This document shows positions 56,701-64,000 of a DNA stretch of 64,000 nt, one piece after another. The notes under the pieces are model-generated. The model did not search any database. It was not told the DNA's origin and was given only the letters and a program-made list of their open reading frames with translations. The first letter of the stretch is position 1, and each line of letters starts with the position of its first letter. The stretch spans positions 279,672-343,671 of the forward strand of contig CP070751.1 in the NCBI GenBank assembly GCA_020348445.1, written 5' to 3'. The stretch comes from Thermoplasmata archaeon. Lineage in GTDB: Archaea; Thermoplasmatota; Thermoplasmata; GCA-020350865. Position numbers and translations under genes: made by a program.

Positions 56701-58129
56701 TGACCTCGTTCATAACAACATCCGGCTCTAATGTTATGGAATTATCAACACTATTTCGTTGCCCGAAGGTCATACCCTCCAGGCTGTGCACCCAGTCCTT
56801 GATATTTACCCTTGAAATCGAGCCATAAACCGCATCATCAACTGGATCCGGGGCTATACCTTCCTGTCCAAATGCTACTTCATCGTACTTAGTTCCCGAA
56901 AAGATATCATAAAGCCCGATGGTGTCCCCTTCGGTGCTGTCAAAGGCATCGTTTCCATTTAAAGTCCAAACACTAAAACCTTCTTTTGGTATGGGATTAA
57001 CATCCCAAGTTCCACCTAACCAGTATCCTAAACCGCCATTTACAGAGAGCCTGATATTTGTCAAATACTGGGGAGTTGAAGCGATATTCTGTATCTCGAT
57101 GCACTTTGTGCCCTCATCTGAGATTTCTGAGATGACCAAAGCCCTCGGAAGATAAAAATTTCTTGCCCTCTCAATAGCCTCCACAAGATCGGCAAAGGAT
57201 GTTGCACCCGCCACAATCAAGGCTCTGGATACGCTCTCTTTGGCTGGTAGTGTAAGGCCCTGATTCCCACTCTCATCATCAGTCCAGCCAACGACACATC
57301 CAAGGTCATTGTGATGTCCTGATACATAAGGGGATGAAGTGATCGCATTGTAGATGTCGCTATCCTGGAACAGATCGTTATTTGGGCCATCCCAATATAG
57401 ATTGACAGGCAACCCCAAGTCTGCGGAAGCAAAACCCATGTAGGTTGAGGAACCCGAATCCTTGATGTAGTATATTTTATATGTTGAATTCCAATGTGCC
57501 TTATCATCGAAATTGTCGCCCCCTACACAGGCATAATATCTAAGACCGAACCTAACCTCAGTTAAATCTGAGTCATAGAGATTCAGAATCTGCCACTGGA
57601 TTATACCCCATTTTTCATCCTGCTTGCTCCACGCCGTTTGAAATACCCTTATATCCTTTGCTTGTCCGTTGATATCTGCATCCTTAGTAAATGATCCATA
57701 ACTCTTATCCACTGTACCATCCTCTAAAAACGAGATAGGTACGTCCTCTGCCAAAGTGTTGAATTCAGGGGAATATTTGCCTGGGATGTATTTTCTTCCT
57801 GTTGCTATATCACCGGTACCATAATGGAGATATTGTGACTGGTCAAAAAAGAAAAAGGTTTCGTCAAGCCATCCATCTTCTTCGTCACTTTGTTGGACCC
57901 CCAGATAGTTCATGCAAAACGGCAGCGCTGCATGGCTATCGACCCGAAAAGTAAGATTTCCAGCATCATGCAAAAGCTCTATTGTCTCTGCTTTTGCGCA
58001 AGGCATAAAAAACATTTCAACTCCAAACATCCCGAACGTTGTACTGAAAATTATAAGTGTTATCATCATTGATACTGATAATTTCCTGAATCTCTTCATC
58101 GAATATCTTATATAGGTTCCAAGAAGCAT
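53780..58129 (-). CDS. Secreted 1449-aa modular protein: two lamin-tail-like domains, VWA domain, shared C-terminal module
   Basis: Signal peptide from ~58099, ISEISD/MNEVMFNP...FIEL, VWA DRSNS...T...FTDG, no C-terminal TM. Confidence 0.85.
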   Translation of the reverse strand: MLLGTYIRYSMKRFRKLSVSMMITLIIFSTTFGMFGVEMFFMPCAKAETIELLHDAGNLTFRVDSHAALPFCMNYLGVQQSDEEDGWLDETFFFFDQSQYLHYGTGDIATGRKYIPGKYSPEFNTLAEDVPISFLEDGTVDKSYGSFTKDADINGQAKDIRVFQTAWSKQDEKWGIIQWQILNLYDSDLTEVRFGLRYYACVGGDNFDDKAHWNSTYKIYYIKDSGSSTYMGFASADLGLPVNLYWDGPNNDLFQDSDIYNAITSSPYVSGHHNDLGCVVGWTDDESGNQGLTLPAKESVSRALIVAGATSFADLVEAIERARNFYLPRALVISEISDEGTKCIEIQNIASTPQYLTNIRLSVNGGLGYWLGGTWDVNPIPKEGFSVWTLNGNDAFDSTEGDTIGLYDIFSGTKYDEVAFGQEGIAPDPVDDAVYGSISRVNIKDWVHSLEGMTFGQRNSVDNSITLEPDVVMNEVMFNPSEPEDGFIELMYIGSTSIDLNGFTIATDNIFSITESYILKPDDPYYIIFRDDAPMLFDNGHLSKSSDNVYLYDNYGSLLDMVGWNSAHQVDKTIKRIPDGMGAYQGYNDFTSGQAGWVFDSEPSIPFLQISPVSQYKFGEPSDVLWYDLKITNKMDTGELVDLFYQSLPNWIIEFYEEDKLTKITDSDSDGAPDISVAALSFVDISVKISILQSELSGDSGDTIVTVKANSNPSIQSSALVQTRFYPYLLPLKHVTPTHINVLGYGSPEKATITLNVTGRGFGIEKDLPQDVVLVIDRSNSMLPGDIEFAKEIAIEYVENMSSPDRGAIMHFDTDVVLMNSLTSNYNRLKTNIENIPGVGEFTYMGEALLEALQELNANGRSDHNHIIILFTDGGWNGDLDPETVAYWARENRTFIFTLDLSGSQDSKLLKEIARITGAQYFPVDSIDKFRAIYDELTTIVYKMAGYDPDPSDSNPLVRDVLPPDIDYVPGSFSIAPDYIYVNDLGYTILEWNLSSLFIGETWTVDFDITSLNPGYREANNFTQSRISYNNWADTPVMRLFPKTMITVKTPDPKPPTLSITVVDDKGRVNGLGDNIRLSWTTPNAKTMAYYLIYRSESQTEFDFSQPWKRTDSHDDNGIIPKRTTWNDTYAAKPGEDNYRQQYYYIIRAISIDGKVSATSRTVGKWTSQFVGYLNTFSLPLEPLQTRDVEWYSTDMRAGYIKWMGSDHRWVRHNSGDCQHNNTDMVVGEGYEAMFSYPTTYTFCGMPGAMIQYENTPFGFDTSHINGDADSLTASVDNYGTITLSWAQPTNIGSDDRFFVLRSAKRDGFWGNLDQDYEQIASLSIDTTTFKDRQAAIPETEYYYVIVPVNQSTGERGVSSYSIGVWTASYDSGYDTLSMPLKLAADQSVNWYCQNIENTVGINYYIYSEYRWGWHSTRMLEGVYDVDVVMGEGYQISTSGQTKFIFVGT

Positions 58130-58584
58130 ATTTGTTTTGGCACGATTTTCAAATCATAGAAAAATATGGTACATATGCGATTTGCTCAAGAAAAAAATCC
58201 GAAACAGAATCAAAAGCCTTTATCTGATGGCGTTTTTTGTAGAACCGGCTCTTTTCATAATTGATAATAAGACATAATCAAGATCGGTGACGAATTGCTG
58301 AACCGCTAGTTTTATCTTTTATCATTTTTGATTATCTAAATGACGAATTTAGTCTTTGCATTATCAGTTTTGATTTTAATAGGATTGCCCAAAGCCTAAA
58401 ATTGGTGTGCAGTGGTAAGTTAAAAAAGAAATCCCCCATCAAAACCTCTTTCGTTTGGCTAAATTTACCCTTTTTCTTATTATTTTTTCAAGTTCTTGCA
58501 GTTATTGATAAAAACCTGAAATCTTAGCCCTTAACCTCAATGAGATAAATATGTTTGGAATATTTAGATTTAATTGGGGTAATT

Positions 58585-58606
58585 GACAATCGGTAAACCG
58601 ATTGTA
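58585..58606. promoter_or_regulatory. Palindromic motif copy 1 (GACAATCG-N6-CGATTGTA)
   Basis: Perfect 9-bp IR ACAATCGGT-AA-ACCGATTGT, next to a TATA-like TTTATATA on the minus strand. Confidence 0.55.
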
Positions 58607-58687
58607 TATAAAAAAGGGGGTCCTGCTTCTCCTACTTAGCACGCCAATAGAGATCGCCTTATTTGTTATATCTATCAGGGTGTTCTA

Positions 58688-60835
58688 TCATCGTGGCGGT
58701 GGAGGCAATGGTGATTTGGGCGTTTTGGGCGGTGGTTGTGGATAATTTGGCTTTAGTTCCTTTTTCCTTTTTAGTGCTAAAAGGAGAATAACTGCAATAA
58801 GAATAGCAAGTACTATTCCAATTAATAACCATAACCACAACTCTTCTAGAACTGATTTTTCTTTGTCAGGAGAACTAATAAATTCCCTAGTAGGCGTAGC
58901 AAAAGTTTCGTTAGATTTTGCTCCTTCACCAACACCGTTCACAGCGCTAACTTTATAATAGTAAATTTGCCCATTAATCACATTAGTATCTATGTATGTT
59001 AAAACATTCCCTACAATATCGAGAAGGGTCTCATTACCTGATGTTGTACCTCGATATATCTTATAATTCATAATTGCTGAGCCCCCGTTCGACCTTGGTG
59101 CAATCCATGTCAATGTAATCTGAGCATCGCTAGTCAATGCATGTAGGTTATGTGGGGCTGATGGTACAGTCATCGGAGTTTCGTTAATGCTCGAGTTTGC
59201 CCCTATACCAATAATATTAATTGCAGAAACATGATAAGTGTAATTCACACCATTAACCACGTTTGTATCGTTATACCATAACTGATTCGCAGAAACAAAA
59301 GCGTAAACTTCTGCAGTGCTATTTCTATAGATATTATACCCAATAATCGCAGATCCCCCGTCGTCCAATGGGACAGACCAAGATAGATTTACGAATTTAG
59401 TACCTGCATCAGCTTCCAGATTCTGGGTAGCTGATGGTACTGTTGCGGGAGAAGCTGATGCTTCGTTCGATAATGGTCCCTCACCAATGCTATTTACTGC
59501 ACTCACTTTGTACCAATAAGTCTGCCCATTTGTGAGGCTTGTGTCTGTATAAGTCAAAATATTGCCTACCGTGGTTAAGTACTTTTCTCCATCTGAAGTA
59601 TTTCCTCTATAAATTTTGTAGCCAGTTATTGAAGAGCCACCATCTGAATCGGGTGCTTCCCAAGATATTGTTATTTCAGAATTTGAGGGAGTGGCTATTA
59701 GGTTCTTTGGTTTATCAGGAGGTGTATGTATCCCCTTAGCATATTTGAGATCCCCGTTGTTTCCGTCATAGTAAACTATATGAGGATGCCCATCGCTATC
59801 AAGAGCTATTGAGCTGTACATCCCAATAGATATTCCAGAGTCGACTGTTTGAATAATCCTTTCACTTTCGGTCCGTTTAGCGTATTTAAGACCACCATTG
59901 CTGTCATAGTAGCTAATATGAGGATTATCATCACCATCTATTGCTATTGATGTGTATTTACCGACGTCACCTTTGGAGTCTATAATTTGCAAATTCCAAG
60001 AAGTTTCCGTTCTTCTGGCGTATTTGAGGTTACCATTAGTCTTGTCATAATAACTGATGTGAGGAAAGCCATTACTATCAAGCGCTATGGATGTATAGTG
60101 ACCAACGTCTCCTCCCATATCTCTGGTTTGAGTGTTCCATGCGCTTCCATTCCACTCGGTATATTTAAGATTGTCTTCAGTTGCATCGTAATGGCTAATA
60201 CGAGCATACCCGGTATCATTGAGGGCCAAAGAACAGTCCCAGCCTACATCATATTGGGACGCTGCAATTTGAAGATCCCATGAAAGGCCATTCCACTTGG
60301 CATACCTTAGATCTCCATTATCTCCCATAAAAAATTCATATTTATAGTAGCAGATATGTGGATACCCATTATTATCTAAAGCCATTGAGATGGAACCACC
60401 AACACCGTTTGCGAGATGAACGTTTTCAACCTCCCAACCGCTACCATTCCATTTGGCATATTTAATGGCATCCGCGCCACCGCAACGTGTGAAACCTATA
60501 TGAGGATATCCATTATTATCAAGAGCTATTGATGTGGATATCCAATCACACACAGAGCTATAAACTGTTTCGTTAGTCCACGAAGTTCCTGACCATTTCG
60601 CGTATTTTAGATTCCCCCCGGTATCATCATAATAGCTTACATGAGGATTTCCTTCAGCGTCGATAGCTATTGAAGGAGATTTCCCTACATCGTTTCCCGA
60701 ACCAGTATCGACTATTTGCTTAATCCAAATAAACCCATGTACATTCTCGCTCACCAAATTTATTGCTCCAAAAAACCCTCCGAGAACGAATAGATATAAG
60801 AGACCCAGTGCTTCAATTTTTTTATTCATTATCAT
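58688..60835 (-). CDS. Secreted 7-bladed beta-propeller plus three FN3 domains plus TM anchor and Pro-rich tail
   Basis: Seven SIALD.NG.PHISYYD...LKYA repeats, three P.NL.A......L.W..P..DGGS.I.GY.IYR FN3 units. Confidence 0.85.
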   Translation of the reverse strand: MIMNKKIEALGLLYLFVLGGFFGAINLVSENVHGFIWIKQIVDTGSGNDVGKSPSIAIDAEGNPHVSYYDDTGGNLKYAKWSGTSWTNETVYSSVCDWISTSIALDNNGYPHIGFTRCGGADAIKYAKWNGSGWEVENVHLANGVGGSISMALDNNGYPHICYYKYEFFMGDNGDLRYAKWNGLSWDLQIAASQYDVGWDCSLALNDTGYARISHYDATEDNLKYTEWNGSAWNTQTRDMGGDVGHYTSIALDSNGFPHISYYDKTNGNLKYARRTETSWNLQIIDSKGDVGKYTSIAIDGDDNPHISYYDSNGGLKYAKRTESERIIQTVDSGISIGMYSSIALDSDGHPHIVYYDGNNGDLKYAKGIHTPPDKPKNLIATPSNSEITISWEAPDSDGGSSITGYKIYRGNTSDGEKYLTTVGNILTYTDTSLTNGQTYWYKVSAVNSIGEGPLSNEASASPATVPSATQNLEADAGTKFVNLSWSVPLDDGGSAIIGYNIYRNSTAEVYAFVSANQLWYNDTNVVNGVNYTYHVSAINIIGIGANSSINETPMTVPSAPHNLHALTSDAQITLTWIAPRSNGGSAIMNYKIYRGTTSGNETLLDIVGNVLTYIDTNVINGQIYYYKVSAVNGVGEGAKSNETFATPTREFISSPDKEKSVLEELWLWLLIGIVLAILIAVILLLALKRKKELKPNYPQPPPKTPKSPLPPPPR

Positions 60836-60958
60836 TCTCCATGATACTCTTTCAATCTTACTTCATATGCTCATGTCTTTTAGATTTTTCGATTATGTTT
60901 TGATATTTGTAAGAATATCGAACTTGGGAAGCTTAAATATATTCTTTGGTATTTAATT

Positions 60959-60984
60959 TGGACAGTCGGAGTAGCGATTGTCCA
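60959..60984. promoter_or_regulatory. Palindromic motif copy 2 (GACAGTCG-N6-CGATTGTC)
   Basis: TGGACAGTCG-GAGTAG-CGATTGTCCA, with the same half-sites and spacing as 58585-58606. Confidence 0.55.
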
Positions 60985-61046
60985 CATATCATCAATCTCT
61001 ATTGAAGTTATTTAGTCAATAGGAGTTTTATGCAGGGAATCCGATC

Positions 61047-63737
61047 CTACACCCCTATAAAAGTGAATTTCGTTGATCCAGAGGTGGAAACCTGATAACC
61101 CTCTGTCATCTTTAAAGTACAATCAAACGCCCCCTCGGGCATTATTGTTGAATGCCAGTACCAACGCTCTTTGCTGTTGTTGAAATAGTTAATTCCCACG
61201 CAATCAGGGATGTTGTCACAATACCAGTCTGCCGTATGGTTAACATCCGGTTTCAGTGGTATTCCAAATGTATCATATCCTTGGAGATATTCCTCAGTCC
61301 AAACCGAGATGCTGTATGTGCTCGAACCTCTAATACCATTAGCATTGAAAGGAACTACTATAAAATACAACCTTGCCCCAGGATCACTGGCCCCAAGACC
61401 TGTGATTGTGGTAGTATTGGTTCCAAAATTAATAGCAGGGCAAGTAAGGTTATGGTGAATACCAGGAGTCCCAAAGAAGCCATCTCTCGTATTTGAAAAA
61501 TACACCTCATACCAATCTCCAACGCTCATACTTAGGGGTTCAGACCAAGTTAGAGTTACACTTCCGTTAACTTCAACAGAAACATTGAGTTTTTTCGCCT
61601 CAGAATCGGGATCGAATCCTGAAAATAGAATATCATCATCGTAACTGACCATCGCCCCGGGTAAACCTGTGAAGGTGTAGTTGGTTTGAGTATCGAATTT
61701 TACCTCGTAGCCTTCACCGAGTTTCATCTGCGTGTCGTTTACACAACCATCTCCATGTTTCATCCATTTATATAACTCTGGATGCATCCATTTGATGTAT
61801 CTAGCGTTCATGTCATTTAGACAATTATCTATCGTCATGCTCTCCAATGGTTCTAAAGGCAGAGAGAAGGTCGAGACTCCTTTCTGGAATATCTTTGTCC
61901 ATTTGCCAACAGTTCTTGATGTGGAGCTGATTTCCCCTAATTTAAAAACTGTTCTTATCGTGTAATAATATTGTTGGTGAGCGATATCAAATGCAGCGCC
62001 TGTGTCGTTCCAAGTAGTTCTTAAAGGTATGACGCCGCTATCGTTATGTAGCGAAGTGTTAACCCATACATTAGAGAAATCAAATTCGATCTGTGATGTA
62101 GAGCGATAGAGAAGGTAGTGTGAAAGACCTGTTGTTGGAAGTGGAGTCCAATTGAGAATAATGTCATCTCCAATTGCTTTGATGTAAAGTGTAGGAGGCA
62201 AGAAAGCTATAATCTCTAAAACTTTCGATGCGATGTTATTTGTCTCATTGCTTTCGGCTATAACATCAATGGGATCGATAACCACATAAATATTATGAAT
62301 CCCTGGTGGGCCTGCAGTCCAATGTACTTGGACAGTTCTATTTTCTCCTGATGGAATTGAAAATAATATCTGATCAACATCAATCTGAATGCCTGGTCCG
62401 GAACCAATTGGATAGCCGGGGTCACCATCGTAGAATCTGACAATAACCTCAGGACCGTTTCCCGCGCCAATATTATGGATTGTGGCGTTGATCGTCACGT
62501 CCGTGCCACATAACACTGGGCCTGGGGGGGCAAATTTGATATCATCAATTGTTATCTCAAAGTCAGGCGGAACGAAACGCCGGTAATACACGTCCCAATC
62601 ACCATGTCGTGTATCTTCCCAAACGATATGAACCTCAGCGTTTTCTACGGCTATGGCAGCATTAGCGTTATTTACCATAGGAATACCGGCTATTTCAATC
62701 TCCTGTTCCCAAGTTACGCCATTGAAATGTTTGTAATAAATATCATAGAAGCCAAGCGCCACCTCCATCCTCTGCCAAGTCACGTATATATCATTGTTTT
62801 CCACAGCGATTTTAGGAAACTGTGAGTGGCTGGTATTCGTAATAATTGGTACATCTTCGTGCCAGAAATTACCATCAAAATACCGGTAATAAATATCATC
62901 GATATCAAACATTACATTCTCATATTCATGCCAAACGACATGTACTTTGCCATTTTCTACTGCAATCGAAGGGCTCATTTGGCGTTCTGTCGCATTATCT
63001 GTACTGATAACTTGTTCCCACTGCCAATCAATTCCATTGTAATATCGATAATAAATATCATTATCACCGTCTCGGTTATCTTCCCAAACGACATGAACCT
63101 TACCATTCTCAACCGCGAGTGAAGGATCGAATTGCGTTTCTGACCCAATATCTGTGCTGATTTCTTGTTCCGGTTCCCAACCAATCCCATTGTAAAATCT
63201 ATAATAAATGTCCCAATCTCCATCACCATAATCCATCCAAACAACATGGGCCTTGTCGTTTTCAACAGCTATCGCTGGATATGATTGATTTTCTGTCCCA
63301 ATGTCTGTACTGATTTCCTGCACTGGCTCCCAATCAGTCCCATTGTAAAATCTATAATATATGTCATAATCATCATCTCTAAAATCCATCCAAACAACAT
63401 GCAGTTTGCCGTTATCCACTGCAATCCGAGCAAATGCTTGATCTCCTGTCCCGCTATCATTACTGATTTCCTGCTCAGGCTGCCAAATTGTACCATCAAA
63501 ATACTTGTAATAAATGTCAGTATTTCCGCCGGAATAATCCCCCCAAACAACGTGCACTTTTCCATTTTCAACTGCAATGGATGGCGCAACCTGATAATCT
63601 AACTCAGGGTTTGTACTGAGCCTTATTTCAGGCAACCACTCTGCATTCGCAGAAATTTCAGGTTCTAAATCATGATATCCTAGAAAAATAGCAGATACAA
63701 ATAAGCCGATTATAACTAAAGTTGATATTTTTTTCAT
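61047..63737 (-). CDS. Secreted 7-bladed beta-propeller (BNR-like) plus CARDB-like Ig plus shared C-terminal module
   Basis: Seven IAVENGKVHVVW.D...DIYY repeats, IYVVIDP...I.ESNETNN (CARDB), ends ...TKFTFIGV without TM. Confidence 0.85.
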   Translation of the reverse strand: MKKISTLVIIGLFVSAIFLGYHDLEPEISANAEWLPEIRLSTNPELDYQVAPSIAVENGKVHVVWGDYSGGNTDIYYKYFDGTIWQPEQEISNDSGTGDQAFARIAVDNGKLHVVWMDFRDDDYDIYYRFYNGTDWEPVQEISTDIGTENQSYPAIAVENDKAHVVWMDYGDGDWDIYYRFYNGIGWEPEQEISTDIGSETQFDPSLAVENGKVHVVWEDNRDGDNDIYYRYYNGIDWQWEQVISTDNATERQMSPSIAVENGKVHVVWHEYENVMFDIDDIYYRYFDGNFWHEDVPIITNTSHSQFPKIAVENNDIYVTWQRMEVALGFYDIYYKHFNGVTWEQEIEIAGIPMVNNANAAIAVENAEVHIVWEDTRHGDWDVYYRRFVPPDFEITIDDIKFAPPGPVLCGTDVTINATIHNIGAGNGPEVIVRFYDGDPGYPIGSGPGIQIDVDQILFSIPSGENRTVQVHWTAGPPGIHNIYVVIDPIDVIAESNETNNIASKVLEIIAFLPPTLYIKAIGDDIILNWTPLPTTGLSHYLLYRSTSQIEFDFSNVWVNTSLHNDSGVIPLRTTWNDTGAAFDIAHQQYYYTIRTVFKLGEISSTSRTVGKWTKIFQKGVSTFSLPLEPLESMTIDNCLNDMNARYIKWMHPELYKWMKHGDGCVNDTQMKLGEGYEVKFDTQTNYTFTGLPGAMVSYDDDILFSGFDPDSEAKKLNVSVEVNGSVTLTWSEPLSMSVGDWYEVYFSNTRDGFFGTPGIHHNLTCPAINFGTNTTTITGLGASDPGARLYFIVVPFNANGIRGSSTYSISVWTEEYLQGYDTFGIPLKPDVNHTADWYCDNIPDCVGINYFNNSKERWYWHSTIMPEGAFDCTLKMTEGYQVSTSGSTKFTFIGV

Positions 63738-63882
63738 TCACTGCCTTCTTTTATCTTAAATAACTAACCTCATTCCTTGAACCTCAATAACTACATTCGT
63801 TTATGGGTATATAATACATATAGTTCTTTTTTATCTAGAGACCTTAATATTAATCTCGAGTTTTCATGTTGAAATGTCGATT

Positions 63883-64000
63883 TTAGACTCCTATAAAAGT
63901 AAATTTCGTGGTACTTGAAGTGGATATTTGATAACCCTCTGTCATCACTAATATGGGGTCATAAGCTCCTTCAGGCATCCTTGTTGAGTGCCAACTCCAT
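63883..64000 (-). CDS. 3' end of a third protein carrying the shared C-terminal module (gene extends beyond window)
   Basis: Reads WSWHSTRMPEGAYDPILVMTEGYQISTSSTTKFTFIGV*, nearly identical to the end of 61047-63737. Missing from the ORF track. Confidence 0.9.
   Translation of the reverse strand, partial: WSWHSTRMPEGAYDPILVMTEGYQISTSSTTKFTFIGV

Noticed and set aside
58688-63737. CRISPR array or DGR template/variable repeats
   Set aside because: The repeats are degenerate in-frame propeller blades. There is no constant repeat-spacer pattern, cas gene, reverse transcriptase or adenine-specific mismatch pair.

Overview
Archaeal chromosomal DNA. Archaeal markers are radA, eS1/S3Ae, a PurP-family ligase and a BHB-intron tRNA. 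The gene style suggests an uncultured Thermoplasmatota lineage (inference only). Layout: (1) 1-22.2 kb, a large surface-glycan cluster with GT4/GT2 enzymes, wecB/wecC, a second nucleotide-sugar dehydrogenase, two MraY/AglH-like initiating transferases, a formyltransferase, a GNAT, a deacetylase and three SAM methyltransferases. (2) 22.3-28.3 kb, a membrane-anchored subtilase, a lone 2-hydroxyacyl-CoA dehydratase-family gene, an ACT protein, and coupled bacterial-type queA and tgt genes, unexpected in an archaeon. (3) 28.5-41.9 kb, a 3409-aa multi-repeat surface protein and a probable S-layer-type protein. (4) 42-47.9 kb, a probable cobalamin-uptake unit (DUF4430-like proteins plus ECF S component), wHTH proteins and an Fe-S/CCG protein. 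(5) 48.2-53.8 kb, housekeeping genes around a tRNA-Met(CAU) with two BHB introns (37/38 and the rare 59/60). Its 3' end, including the T-loop intron, is duplicated 707 bp downstream like an att site around one orphan gene. (6) 53.8-64 kb, a tandem array of secreted modular proteins. Three share a C-terminal module (about 385 aa in the two complete copies), and two intergenic regions share a palindromic motif. All calls come from motif recognition by eye; no database search was run.
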